Counted from the first letter of the stretch, positions 8,064 through 17,988 are shown. The stretch: DNA of 64,000 bases from an uncultured Pseudomonadales bacterium (GCA_964447905.1 CAYUUK010000002.1:21176-85175), one strand, 5' to 3'. The notes: a model not told the origin generated them from the sequence alone. Numbers and translations are program-made.

Positions 8064-9104
8064 ATGAACAGAGACACCTTCGACCAAAACATTAACGACA
8101 TTCGCCAAAAGCTCTCCGCAGCACCGCGAGATCCTGAAGCACTCCGAATCTTTCTATTTGGAAAAAAGCAGGGTCTCTTCTCAGAAGCCGCACTCATGCT
8201 GCGCGAACTGTCACCAGAATACAAGCCCGCGGCTGGCCAAAAACTGCAAGAGCTCCGCGCAGAAATGGAAACACTCCTTGAAGAAGCGGAAAACGCCCCA
8301 GATTCCAGCGAGTGGCTCGATCCTACGTTGCCCGCCGCCGCTCGACCAGTTGGCCGACTGCATCCCATCAGCCAAGCCATCAACGAGATCACCGACATCT
8401 TTGAAAAAATAGGCTTCACGCGCGTGCGCTACCCCGAAGTCGAATGGGACTACTACGCCTTCGAAGCTCTCAACATGCCTTCCAATCACCCCGCACGTGA
8501 CGAGTGGGAAACCTTCTTCATGAACGCGCCCGAACACTCAACACTCGGTAAAATGGTCCTCACGCCCCACACCTCCAATGGCCAAGTCCGCGAAATGGAA
8601 CGTCTCAACTCCGAGCCGCCCATCCGCATGATCAACATTGGGCGAACATACCGCCGACAGCAGGACGTGACGCACACACAGATGTTCCACCAGTTCGAAG
8701 GCTTGGTGGTCGACACAAATATTACCATCCAACACCTCAAGGGCACCATCGATCACTTTGCCAAAGAGTTTTATGGTCCAGAGAGCAAATCGCGTATTCG
8801 GCCGTTCCACTTTAAGTTTACGGAACCATCTTTTGAGATCGATTTCTCGTGCTCCATCTGCAAAGGCACCGGAAAACTCGGTAATGAAACCTGCCGCTTC
8901 TGTAAATCTGGCTGGCACGAAGTTGGTGGCGCCGGTATGGTGCACCCAAACGTGTTACGCGCAGGCGGCATTGACCCCGAGAAATACACCGGCTTTGCCT
9001 TTGGCTGGGGAGTAGAGCGGACCTATGCCTTGCGCCCAGGCTTGCACTTAGACGATATCCGGTTGCTCTTCAGCGCCGACCCCCGTTTCTTAGAACAATT
9101 TTAA
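8064..9104 (+). CDS. pheS: phenylalanyl-tRNA synthetase alpha subunit
   Basis: Class II core with FRPxxFPFTEPS-like FHFKFTEPSFEID and GAGMVHPNVL motifs. Followed 15 nt later by pheT. Confidence 0.9.
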   Translation: MNRDTFDQNINDIRQKLSAAPRDPEALRIFLFGKKQGLFSEAALMLRELSPEYKPAAGQKLQELRAEMETLLEEAENAPDSSEWLDPTLPAAARPVGRLHPISQAINEITDIFEKIGFTRVRYPEVEWDYYAFEALNMPSNHPARDEWETFFMNAPEHSTLGKMVLTPHTSNGQVREMERLNSEPPIRMINIGRTYRRQQDVTHTQMFHQFEGLVVDTNITIQHLKGTIDHFAKEFYGPESKSRIRPFHFKFTEPSFEIDFSCSICKGTGKLGNETCRFCKSGWHEVGGAGMVHPNVLRAGGIDPEKYTGFAFGWGVERTYALRPGLHLDDIRLLFSADPRFLEQF

Positions 9105-9119
9105 GCACAGAAAGACACC

Positions 9120-11117
9120 ATGAACATACTCGTACCCCACACCTGGCTCCAAGATCACCTGAATACACAGGCAGATCCGGAGACCATCCAAACCCAACTC
9201 TCCCTCTGCGGACCAGCCGTTGAGCGCATCTACGACCGCGAAGGCGACTCCGTCTACGATATCGAGGTCACCACCAACCGCGTCGACAGCATGTCGGTGC
9301 GCGGTATTGCGCGCGAAGCAGCGGTCATACTCGATAACGCCGGCTTTCCGTCTGACTTGAAAACCCTCACCCTCACCGACGCCATCCCCGCTGCCGACAC
9401 GGAAATCCTTCCGCTGCCCACCATTGACAACAGCAGCCAACTCTGCCACCGCATTACGGCAGTGATTTTGAGCACTGTCGGGCACCCCGCCACGCCCGAG
9501 TGGATGAGTACCCGCCTGCAACAGGTCGAGCTCAACGTCAAAGATGTCGTTATCGACATCACCAACTACTTGAGCCATGACCTTGGCCACCCATGCCACG
9601 CCTTTGACTACGACAAAATCATGGCCCTTGGCGGCGAAATCCACGTGCGGGAAGCAGAAGCAGGCATGCCGTTCGCCACGCTCGACGGCGCAAGCTACGA
9701 AACCGTGGGCGGAGAAGTGGTCTTCACCAACGCCGAAGGAACCATCATCGATATTCCAGGAATTATGGGTACTGCCAACACCGCGGTTGACGACAGCACC
9801 CAAAACGTCCTGTTCTGGATCGAGTCCATCCCACACGAAAAGATTCGTTTCACCTCCATGTCGCACGCCTTACGCACTCCCGCAGCGCAACTCAATGAAC
9901 GCGCTTTAGACCACAATTTGGCCCGCGAGGTCATGTTGAGAGGTATAGAGTTATTCACTGAGCTTACCGGCGCCACACAAGCCTCAGCAGTGTATGAAGA
10001 GATCATTGTGCCTTCCAAGAGTAAGACCATCTCCTTCGCACCCAGTGAAGTAGAGCGGTACTTGGGCATTGAACTCAGCACGTCTGAAATTATCAGCATA
10101 CTCACACAGCTCGGATGCCAAGTAACTGAGTCTAGTGACCAGGAACTCTTGATTACTATCCCCAGTTTTCGTACCGATCTGAGTATGTCTGCCGACATCG
10201 TTGAGGAAGTAGCGCGCATCTATGGCTATCATAATTTGCCGAGCACGCTCATGGATACTCGTATTCCAACCAGCAAGCCAGCTGGTGAAAATTTTACTCT
10301 CGAAACCAAGCTCAAAAATGTACTGGCCGCTTTGGGATACCAAGAACTCTACACGTACTCTATGGTAGGAACAGATCTCTTGAACCGCTGGAATCTCGAT
10401 CCCGCGACTCATCTGCACATTCGTAATCCCCTCACCAGCGATATGGAGTATATGCGGCAGTATGTACTGCCGTCACACGCGGAAGAAACCACTCATTTCT
10501 TAGAACAGAGTACCGCGCGTGGCACATTTGAGCTGGCTAACATCTATTTTCCAGAAGAAGGTGCCTTACCAGACGAGCATCTCGTCTTAACGGTACTCGA
10601 CACTGATTTTCGCCACCTGCGCGCCACGCTGGATTTTCTGGCAAATGAGCTATACATCAACGATTTTGCTGTAGAAAGCGCAGAAGATAATGCGAAAAAA
10701 GACCGAAATATAGACTCTATTTTCACTTCTCATGCTATTATCACTCATGAAGATCGAGTGCTAGGAAGTATTGGGTACTTGTCTGATGGAAAAGTCGGGT
10801 TTGAACTGCACTGGCGATCACTTTTGGAAGTCAGTCAGCGCTGGCCAGAGTATCACCCAGTACCGAAAACAGCTCCATACTACGAAGACTGGACCCTGGT
10901 CGTACCTGAGGGTACTCCGGTAGGAGATATTATCTCTGCACTCAAATCCTTAGATGCAGCGGTTTCATCCGTAGAACTGCGCGATCAATTTGCGAACAAC
11001 TGGACCTTCCGTTTGACCTTCTGGGATGCTACTGAGCAGTTCTCCAGTGAACGCGCGCAAGAGCTGAAAGAGAGTGCTGTGCAAACGCTTCAGTCTCGCG
11101 GCGTTACACTGCAATAG
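9120..11117 (+). CDS. pheT: phenylalanyl-tRNA synthetase beta subunit, short form of about 665 aa
   Basis: B3/B4 and B5 domains plus a catalytic-like C-terminal domain. Positioned directly after pheS. The N-terminal tRNA-binding domain is apparently absent. Confidence 0.8.
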   Translation: MNILVPHTWLQDHLNTQADPETIQTQLSLCGPAVERIYDREGDSVYDIEVTTNRVDSMSVRGIAREAAVILDNAGFPSDLKTLTLTDAIPAADTEILPLPTIDNSSQLCHRITAVILSTVGHPATPEWMSTRLQQVELNVKDVVIDITNYLSHDLGHPCHAFDYDKIMALGGEIHVREAEAGMPFATLDGASYETVGGEVVFTNAEGTIIDIPGIMGTANTAVDDSTQNVLFWIESIPHEKIRFTSMSHALRTPAAQLNERALDHNLAREVMLRGIELFTELTGATQASAVYEEIIVPSKSKTISFAPSEVERYLGIELSTSEIISILTQLGCQVTESSDQELLITIPSFRTDLSMSADIVEEVARIYGYHNLPSTLMDTRIPTSKPAGENFTLETKLKNVLAALGYQELYTYSMVGTDLLNRWNLDPATHLHIRNPLTSDMEYMRQYVLPSHAEETTHFLEQSTARGTFELANIYFPEEGALPDEHLVLTVLDTDFRHLRATLDFLANELYINDFAVESAEDNAKKDRNIDSIFTSHAIITHEDRVLGSIGYLSDGKVGFELHWRSLLEVSQRWPEYHPVPKTAPYYEDWTLVVPEGTPVGDIISALKSLDAAVSSVELRDQFANNWTFRLTFWDATEQFSSERAQELKESAVQTLQSRGVTLQ

Positions 11118-11181
11118 AAGTCACGAGAAAATTTACAATCTTCAACCAAAATGCTTCGCGTAGGAAACATTTGTGATGGCA

Positions 11182-13962
11182 TTACTCGTCGTCAAGATCG
11201 ACGGGTGGAGTAGGGGTAGGTGTAGGGCTTGGCTTGGGAGTTGCCGTTGGGGTTGGAGTGGGTGTAGGGGTAGGTTCCTTCCAGTCTTGACCACCAGTAC
11301 CGATGCGTACTTCACCGGTTTTTCCTTCTTTGCCATCTGAACGCACTGCTTTGGCGTAGAGGGTGTAGCGACCGGGAGGGAGATTGAGCTCTGTGCGGTA
11401 TGGTTTCTCGCGTAAGGTTTCTCGGACAGAACCGTTCACAAAAATTTCCACGCGATCGATGCGCTCTTCTGAAACGGTGTTGACTACGACTTCAATATTT
11501 TCGGAGTCATAGGTACGTTCATTCTCTGGTCTCTCCAAGCGAACAATGACTTCATCTACCGAGTCACAAAAATCGGTCGGTGCCTGGAACGGTCCACGGT
11601 CTTGGTTTTGCGCAATCCAAGCATCAATACCTTCTTGCCAGCGATTCCGACCATCCTGACTGATGGGGTCGTCTTCATAGAGAGAAATGTACACGCGCTC
11701 ATCGTACTCACCACGCTGCACATCTACCGCGGTGGCCAGGCGTTCTTGGCCTCGGCACAAACGTACCTTTTGGTGGATTGGGTCAGGTTCGGTCGGTAAT
11801 GTTCCTCGGATAACCCATTCTTCACGAGATGCCAGCTCGTCATGAGCCGGGTATCCGGAGATTGCGTCAACAGAAACTCTCTCCACATTGTCTGGAACTA
11901 TCCAGTCATCTGTGGTGCGTCCACTGGCAATAGCCGCCAACATGACTCGCTGCCAAATTGGTGAGGCACCAGTCACACCAGAAGCAACTTGTTTCATGCT
12001 GGTGTTATCATTATTTCCTACCCAGACACCAACAATAGTTGAACGGCTCCATCCAATTGTCCAGTTATCCTTCTGATCATTGGTAGTACCCGTTTTCACG
12101 GCGATAGGTCGATTATTGATATTCAATTGGGAGTTCGTCCCAAATGCTCCGGAGCGAGCTTGATTGTCGGACAGAATAGAGTTCAAGAGGAAAGCAACTT
12201 CTGGCTCCACAACCTCCCGGCCAGGAACATCTCGATGCTGGAAGAGAGTAGTATTGTTTTGGTCAGTCACTTCCAAAATCGAAACTGGCTCAACACGATT
12301 TCCGCCGTTCGCAAACGAACTGTATGCTGTCACGCTGTCAATCAGGTGCACTTCCGCACCACCGAGAGTGACCGCTAAACCAAAGTTACGCATATTCTCA
12401 CGAGTTGGTTCCAGAGTAACAAAGCCCATATCAAATGCTTGTTGCAGCATGTTTTCTACTCCTACATTCGCCAGGAGTTTCACCGCTACCACGTTATTGG
12501 ATTCTGCCAAGGCATATCTGAGCTGCATAGGGCCGCGGAACTTTCCGTCATAGTTGCGTGGCTGATATGGGTCAACTGTCTCGTTGGGGGCGAAATTCGT
12601 AAAGGAGTCGACCAGCATGGTGGCCGGAGTCATTCCTTGTGAGAGCGCCGTCGCGTACGTGACCGGCTTAATCGAAGAACCTGGTTGGCGAAGACCATCA
12701 ACGGCCACATTAAACTGACCAGGAATATCATCAGCAAAGTAGTCTTTACTCCCGACCATAGCCAGAACTTCACCGTTACGAGGATCCATAACAACTACGG
12801 AACCATTGGTGATATTTAAATCCACCACCTTTTCGATCTCTTCCTGCACAATTTCTTGTGTTTCTTCTTGGAATGGCAAATCAAGTGAGGTGCGAACACT
12901 CAACCCACCGCGCTGCACTACCTCTGAACCGTACATCTCCTCGAGCTGCTCCAACACATAAAACACGAAGTGCGGCGCTTTAATAGAGGAAGTTTGGCGA
13001 GCAAACTCAATGGAATCTAGCTGCTCCACAGCACTCTGCTCGAGCTCAGCAGTAATATAGCCGTCCTCTCGCATACGACGAAGAACTCCGATTGCACGTA
13101 TCTTCCAGAGTAACTCACCGTTCTCATCCGTTCTTCCGAGAACGGGTGAGTACGCTGTTGGCCGCTGCGGCAAACCAGCCAAGATGGCCGACTCGACTAA
13201 ATTCAGATCCTGCACTTCTTTATCAAAGTACATATCAGCAGCCGCGCCGACACCGACCGAGTTTCCACCGTATGGAGCCTCATTGAGGTACATCTGCAAG
13301 ATTTCTTCTTTGCTGAACTGGCGCTCAATTTCGAGAGCGAGAATGAATTCTTTCAGTTTACGAGTTACTGTGCGTTCGTTAGTGAGTAAAACATTTTTAA
13401 CTAACTGCTGGGTGAGAGTAGAACCACCCACCACTCTACCACCGCGAAACGTGTAGTTGTATACGATACGGAATGGTGTGAGGGGATCAAAACCACTGTG
13501 TCGATAGAAGTCCTTGTCCTCTACGGCTACCGTGGCTTGCTGCAAATACTCAGGAACTTGGTCAATAGTAATCGGAACTCGTCGTTCATCTTCGTAGACA
13601 TCATAGAGAACGTCACCATACCGATCTAAAATCTTCGTGGAGAATCCATCTTGTCGGCGCACACCACTGGGGTCAGGCAGGTCATTTGCCACCCAGGCAA
13701 CTAATCCAATAGAAAGAACAATCGCAAAAAGGGTACCAGCCACCACAACTACAGCGCCGATGCGAAGGGCCTGAGCTCGCCAGAAAGTGGCTTGCGAACC
13801 ACTCAGAGCAGAAAAACGAGAAGATCGTTTTGAACTGGTTCGAGAAGCCGCAGCAGACTGACGCTGACCAAATGGGGTAAATGGTTGTGAAGATGAAAGA
13901 GCGAGCTTTCTACGAATATTTCGTTTCCAGCGACGCCACTTTCGTTGCAAACCAGACAACAT
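11182..13962 (-). CDS. ponA: class A penicillin-binding protein (glycosyltransferase GT51 plus transpeptidase) with a Pro/Thr-rich C-terminal tail
   Basis: GT51 motifs (EDKDFYRHSGFD, RGGSTLTQQL), transpeptidase SSIKP (SxxK) and KTGT motifs, and an N-terminal TM anchor. The C-terminus reads PTPTPTPTPTATPKPSPTPTPTPP. The ORF track start is 14010, but the ATG at 13962 (MLSGLQ...) sits 8 nt after a TATACT -10. Confidence 0.85.
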   Translation of the reverse strand: MLSGLQRKWRRWKRNIRRKLALSSSQPFTPFGQRQSAAASRTSSKRSSRFSALSGSQATFWRAQALRIGAVVVVAGTLFAIVLSIGLVAWVANDLPDPSGVRRQDGFSTKILDRYGDVLYDVYEDERRVPITIDQVPEYLQQATVAVEDKDFYRHSGFDPLTPFRIVYNYTFRGGRVVGGSTLTQQLVKNVLLTNERTVTRKLKEFILALEIERQFSKEEILQMYLNEAPYGGNSVGVGAAADMYFDKEVQDLNLVESAILAGLPQRPTAYSPVLGRTDENGELLWKIRAIGVLRRMREDGYITAELEQSAVEQLDSIEFARQTSSIKAPHFVFYVLEQLEEMYGSEVVQRGGLSVRTSLDLPFQEETQEIVQEEIEKVVDLNITNGSVVVMDPRNGEVLAMVGSKDYFADDIPGQFNVAVDGLRQPGSSIKPVTYATALSQGMTPATMLVDSFTNFAPNETVDPYQPRNYDGKFRGPMQLRYALAESNNVVAVKLLANVGVENMLQQAFDMGFVTLEPTRENMRNFGLAVTLGGAEVHLIDSVTAYSSFANGGNRVEPVSILEVTDQNNTTLFQHRDVPGREVVEPEVAFLLNSILSDNQARSGAFGTNSQLNINNRPIAVKTGTTNDQKDNWTIGWSRSTIVGVWVGNNDNTSMKQVASGVTGASPIWQRVMLAAIASGRTTDDWIVPDNVERVSVDAISGYPAHDELASREEWVIRGTLPTEPDPIHQKVRLCRGQERLATAVDVQRGEYDERVYISLYEDDPISQDGRNRWQEGIDAWIAQNQDRGPFQAPTDFCDSVDEVIVRLERPENERTYDSENIEVVVNTVSEERIDRVEIFVNGSVRETLREKPYRTELNLPPGRYTLYAKAVRSDGKEGKTGEVRIGTGGQDWKEPTPTPTPTPTATPKPSPTPTPTPPVDLDDE

Positions 13963-13970
13963 ACTCTGTG

Positions 13971-13976
13971 AGTATA
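13971..13976 (-). promoter_or_regulatory. -10 hexamer TATACT for the PBP gene (minus strand); leaderless arrangement
   Basis: The reverse complement reads ggTATACTcacagagtATG, with the ATG 8 nt after the hexamer. It is embedded in the palindrome TACCGTAtTACGGTA. Confidence 0.35.
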
Positions 13977-14031
13977 CCGTATTACGGTACAATGCGACAG
14001 AGAAACACACTTTGCGTAACCACCAAAGGTT

Positions 14032-14039
14032 CTTACAAT
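14032..14039 (+). promoter_or_regulatory. -10 element (cTTACAAT) 6 nt upstream of the recG ATG; leaderless arrangement
   Basis: TACAAT at 14034..14039, ATG at 14046. Confidence 0.35.
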
Positions 14040-14045
14040 ACCTCT

Positions 14046-15995
14046 ATGACTGTTCATGACTCCGTCACACTCCTGGCTGGAATCGGCCCCAAAAAAGCCG
14101 CTGAGTTGGCGGAAATGGAGATACACACACTTGAAGATCTGCTGCACCACATTCCTTTTCGATACGAAGATGCCAGTGCTGTTATTCCTATCGCGAAGCT
14201 AGAGGTTGGAGAGCTCGTCACTGTCGAAGCACAGATTACACAACTCAAAAGCTTCACCACACGTAAACGAATCCCCATGACACAAGCTACCATTGCTGAT
14301 GCCGAAGGGGATGAACTCAGCATCACCTTCTTTCACCAACCATATGTTGCCAAACAACTCAAACAAGATGAGTGGTACGCCTTCACTGGCAAAGTTGGTG
14401 AGTATAGAGGCAAGAAAAGTTTGACGAATCCAAACTACGAACCACTCGACCGAGAAAACAAAGTACATACAGGTCGGGTACTCCCGCAATACTCACAGCA
14501 CAAATCTATTTCTTCAGTCTGGCTGCGACGAGTGGTACCCAAACTCGTGGAACAAACTGCACTTCTTCCAGAAGAGTATTTACCCGCATCGCTGCGCACT
14601 CAGGCCGAACTACCGGAGAGAACTTCCGCTTGGCAGCAAGTACATGTGCCGGAGAGTCTCGCCGCCGCGCATGCTGCGCGGCGGCGAATAGCCTTCGATG
14701 AACTCTGGGACATCTTTACCGCTATTGAAGCGGAACGTGAGCACAGAGAATCTCTTCCAGTTCGTAATCCACTCTCTAAAGCCCATGCTGAAGAATTTAC
14801 GGCACAATTTGTTACCGCCAGCCCGTTTCCACTCACGCCATCGCAAAACAACACGATTGCACACCTAAAACACGCATTTCTGCAGAACCATCCTGTGCAG
14901 CAATTTATTCAGGGGGAAGTGGGAAGTGGAAAAACGCTGGTAGCTGCCTACGCACTCTTCTTGCAAGCATCACTGGGAAATCAATGTGTCTACTTAGTGC
15001 CAACTACCGTACTTGCTGAGCAACACTACCAGAACCTAGAACCAATCGCTTCAGCGCTTGGTATCTCACTGGGAAGATGGACAGGTACGCAAAAAGAATC
15101 AGAGCCTGTCTCTGTCTTGGTAGGCACCCATGCTTTACTTCATAACACGGCCATCTCTCCGGACTTGATTGTGGTCGATGAGGAACACCGCTTCGGAGTT
15201 GACCAGCGTGAGCACCATTGGGATGAAGGCTTGCACCCTCACCGTATTACCATGACCGCTACGCCGATTCCTCGAACGCTCGCTCACGTTGTCTACGGAA
15301 ATCACTCGGTATCTTTTCTCGACCCAATTCCAGGTAAAAAACGCGCAATTACCACCAGAGTTTTTGCTCCAAGTAAGCTCGATGCCCACTTCACCTGGCT
15401 AGAACAACAGATTACAGAAACGGGTACGCAAGCATTTCTGATTGCACCACTGATCGAACCCTCCGAAACAGATACCTTTGCCGACGTCTATGACGCAACA
15501 ACACTCTGTAAACGAGTAAAAAAAGCACTCCCAAACATGCGAGTCGCACTGGTCACCGGCAGGACGCCGTCTGCTGAAAAGCAATCAATCTTATCTGACA
15601 TGCAGAGTAAAAAAATTGACATTCTCGTTGCTACACCAGTAATTGAAGTGGGCATCGATATCCCCAACGCCAGCATCATCTCGATTTTGAGTGCAGAGCG
15701 GTTTGGTTTTGCGCAACTGCATCAGCTGCGTGGTCGGGTAGGCAGAAGTGGGCAAGCTGGATGGGCATTCCTAGTTCCTACACCTGGAAAAACAGCTGAT
15801 CGGCTCCGCATATTAGAAACAACCGATAATGGTCAAGAACTCGCTGAGCTCGACCTACAAAACCGTGGCGTGGGTGAGTTCCTCGGCCGAAAACAAACAG
15901 GCTGGGATGGTCTGCGCGTAGCTACCTGGATGGACCTAGAGCTCATTGAACTCGTAAAATCCCTCTCTGGCCAGTTTCAGAAAATGAGTTCGTAG
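14046..15995 (+). CDS. recG: ATP-dependent DNA helicase RecG
   Basis: Wedge/OB N-terminal domain, Walker A GEVGSGKT, DEEH box (VVDEEHRFG), and helicase motifs V-VI (QLRGRVGRS). The ORF track start at 13881 overlaps the divergent PBP gene; the ATG at 14046 (MTVHDSVT...) fits. Confidence 0.85.
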   Translation: MTVHDSVTLLAGIGPKKAAELAEMEIHTLEDLLHHIPFRYEDASAVIPIAKLEVGELVTVEAQITQLKSFTTRKRIPMTQATIADAEGDELSITFFHQPYVAKQLKQDEWYAFTGKVGEYRGKKSLTNPNYEPLDRENKVHTGRVLPQYSQHKSISSVWLRRVVPKLVEQTALLPEEYLPASLRTQAELPERTSAWQQVHVPESLAAAHAARRRIAFDELWDIFTAIEAEREHRESLPVRNPLSKAHAEEFTAQFVTASPFPLTPSQNNTIAHLKHAFLQNHPVQQFIQGEVGSGKTLVAAYALFLQASLGNQCVYLVPTTVLAEQHYQNLEPIASALGISLGRWTGTQKESEPVSVLVGTHALLHNTAISPDLIVVDEEHRFGVDQREHHWDEGLHPHRITMTATPIPRTLAHVVYGNHSVSFLDPIPGKKRAITTRVFAPSKLDAHFTWLEQQITETGTQAFLIAPLIEPSETDTFADVYDATTLCKRVKKALPNMRVALVTGRTPSAEKQSILSDMQSKKIDILVATPVIEVGIDIPNASIISILSAERFGFAQLHQLRGRVGRSGQAGWAFLVPTPGKTADRLRILETTDNGQELAELDLQNRGVGEFLGRKQTGWDGLRVATWMDLELIELVKSLSGQFQKMSS

Positions 15996-16103
15996 CAAAA
16001 TCGAGAAGCTCCAGAGGAAAAGAGTTTTGCTTTTCGCCTGAGCGTGCTACAATACGGGTTCCTATAAATAGGGTATACTATCGACAATACAAAAGGACAC
16101 ACT

Positions 16104-16259
16104 ATGGGTGCTTTACCAAAACGCAGAATATCAACCGCTCGCAAAGGTCGCCGTCGTCAAGACAAGACAGTTGCTTTACAAGGTCGTGGCGTGGCTGTAA
16201 CCAGCCGTCAGCGTCGTGAAAAGAAAAAAGAACTCACTGCTGGCTCTGATACCAAGTAA
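16104..16259 (+). CDS. rpmF: 50S ribosomal protein L32; 51 aa, below the ORF-track cutoff
   Basis: Translated by hand: MGALPKRRISTARKGRRRQDKTVALQGRGVAVTSRQRREKKKELTAGSDTK. This carries the L32 N-terminal PKRRxS..RKxxRR signature. Confidence 0.7.
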   Translation: MGALPKRRISTARKGRRRQDKTVALQGRGVAVTSRQRREKKKELTAGSDTK

Positions 16260-16279
16260 TCGAGTACACTCTTCCTGGT

Positions 16280-16684
16280 ATGCCATCTGCCCAAGATTCT
16301 CGTCATCAAAAACGTATTGAGCGCGTTGAGCAGTTATTTGCTTGGCAGTTTTACAACGAATATACATTTGAAGATTCTTCCTCAGATTTTACTGAGCAGT
16401 TCTCACTGATTACATTCATTCTAGAAGATATTGTTACTATCGATCGCATGATCCTGCAGTATGCACCAAAGCATGAAATCGAGACATTTAATAAAATTGA
16501 TCTTGCAATTCTGCGGCAAGCCTTGTATGAATTATTACATACCGATACTCCGCCTGCTGTCGTGATTGACGAGGCCGTCGAAATCTCCAAAGAGTACGGA
16601 AGTGAAGACACTGCCCGTTTTGTTCATGGAGTTCTCGGTAACGTCGTTGATGACCGCAGAAAGGACACTGATGAATCAGTCTAG
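16280..16684 (+). CDS. nusB: transcription antitermination factor NusB
   Basis: 134 aa, all-helical. RIERVEQLFAW...AILRQALYELLH.DTPPAVVIDEAVEISKEYGSEDTARFVHGVLGNV matches the NusB family pattern. Confidence 0.7.
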   Translation: MPSAQDSRHQKRIERVEQLFAWQFYNEYTFEDSSSDFTEQFSLITFILEDIVTIDRMILQYAPKHEIETFNKIDLAILRQALYELLHTDTPPAVVIDEAVEISKEYGSEDTARFVHGVLGNVVDDRRKDTDESV

Positions 16685-16940
16685 CATCTATGATGAAGTA
16701 ACCCAGTTATTGGGTGAGATTTATGGTGTCGATCCAGATGAACTCACACCCCAAAGTGATCTACAAGAAGATATTGATCTGAAAAGTGACGTTGAGTCAT
16801 TGGCAAAATTTGTACACACCCTCAACACCACTTTTGATATTGAACTCACTACCCCATATATCTCCCGAGAAATCATGGCTAGGCACATTAGCAGTGTTCA
16901 AGATATTGTGAGTGCAGTTGAAGATGCGCTTTTAGAATAA
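16671..16940 (+). CDS. acpP: acyl-carrier-protein-like small acidic protein (PP-binding fold) in the conserved rpmF...acpP-rnc position
   Basis: 89 aa and acidic. IDLKSDVESLAKFV aligns with ACP DLGADSLDTVELVMAL (a Ser sits at the phosphopantetheine position). The gene directly precedes rnc, as acpA-rncS does in Bacillus. The ATG at 16671 overlaps the nusB stop. Confidence 0.4.
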   Translation: MNQSSIYDEVTQLLGEIYGVDPDELTPQSDLQEDIDLKSDVESLAKFVHTLNTTFDIELTTPYISREIMARHISSVQDIVSAVEDALLE

Positions 16941-16952
16941 TATCCTTATCTC

Positions 16953-17678
16953 ATGGCTTATCCACTCCCTCCACAGCTCCAAGATCTTTCGGAAGAACTC
17001 CGTGATAAAGCATTTACGCATCGCTCATTGCGAGCTCAGTCTGTGCCTCGTCACTTAACCAATGAGCGCCTGGAGTTTTTAGGAGACGCTGTTCTTGAAC
17101 TCGTCGTTTCCGAGTTCTTAATTGCTCGTTTTCCAAAACTGGACGAGGGCACACTTACTCGTTACCGAGCCTCACTCGTACGCACAGAATCACTCGCTTT
17201 TGTTGCTCGCGAGCTGCACCTGGGAGACCACCTGCACCTCGGCACCTCCGAACCAATGCCAGAAGAAGACCTCTCAGACTCAATCCTGGCAGACACCTGC
17301 GAGGCAGTTATTGGTGCGCTGTATCAAGATAGCGGCTACCAAGCAGCCAAAGAGTTCATCCACACGCATATTCTGTCTCACTTTTCAGAATTTATTACCA
17401 CGTCTGACGCCAAAGATGCCAAAACGCTCTTGCAAGAAAAAGTACAGGCCATGGGTGAGGATGCACCGGAGTACGAAATTATTGATGAAGTCGGCCCAGA
17501 TCACGATAAAATCTTTACCGCGGCCGTTTCTATCCCTGGTAAAGATACGTATACTGGCAGTGGCGCAAGTAAACAAAAGGCAGAACAGGCTGCAGCCGCA
17601 GAAGCTTTACGAGGAGTCTTTCAAAAAAAACAAACAGAAAGTGAAGATACTGTTGAGGAAAGCCAGGTTGTTTCGTGA
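16953..17678 (+). CDS. rnc: ribonuclease III
   Basis: RNase III signature NERLEFLGDAVLE, catalytic acidic residues, and a C-terminal dsRBD (GSGASKQKAEQAAAAEAL). Confidence 0.9.
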   Translation: MAYPLPPQLQDLSEELRDKAFTHRSLRAQSVPRHLTNERLEFLGDAVLELVVSEFLIARFPKLDEGTLTRYRASLVRTESLAFVARELHLGDHLHLGTSEPMPEEDLSDSILADTCEAVIGALYQDSGYQAAKEFIHTHILSHFSEFITTSDAKDAKTLLQEKVQAMGEDAPEYEIIDEVGPDHDKIFTAAVSIPGKDTYTGSGASKQKAEQAAAAEALRGVFQKKQTESEDTVEESQVVS

Positions 17679-17719
17679 AAACAACACTCGGATTCCTATC
17701 TGGAATAATCACCGGTGTC

Positions 17720-17728
17720 TGATATAAT
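17720..17728 (+). promoter_or_regulatory. extended -10 TGATATAAT; the rpsP ATG (17737) is 8 nt downstream, leaderless
   Basis: TGnTATAAT read directly from the sequence. Confidence 0.45.
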
Positions 17729-17736
17729 ACTTGTCT

Positions 17737-17985
17737 ATGTTACGGATCAAGCTAACCCGAATTGGTAAAAAGCATCAACCACAATATCGCGTTGTGGTTA
17801 CCGAAAAGCGCAGCAAGCGCGACGGTAAGTATGTCGAACAAGTTGGATTCTACAATCCACTCGGTGATAAAGAAATTCGCTTTGAAGTAGAGCGTTTCAA
17901 TCACTGGCTGGAAAAAGGTGCCCAACCTACCGATACTGTTGCCAACCTTTTCAAACAATTCACTGCAAACAACAAGAAAAAGTAA
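17737..17985 (+). CDS. rpsP: 30S ribosomal protein S16
   Basis: MLRIKLTRIGKKHQPQYRVVV... an S16 signature. The ORF-track start at 17731 is a TTG. Confidence 0.9.
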   Translation: MLRIKLTRIGKKHQPQYRVVVTEKRSKRDGKYVEQVGFYNPLGDKEIRFEVERFNHWLEKGAQPTDTVANLFKQFTANNKKK

Positions 17986-17988
17986 ATC

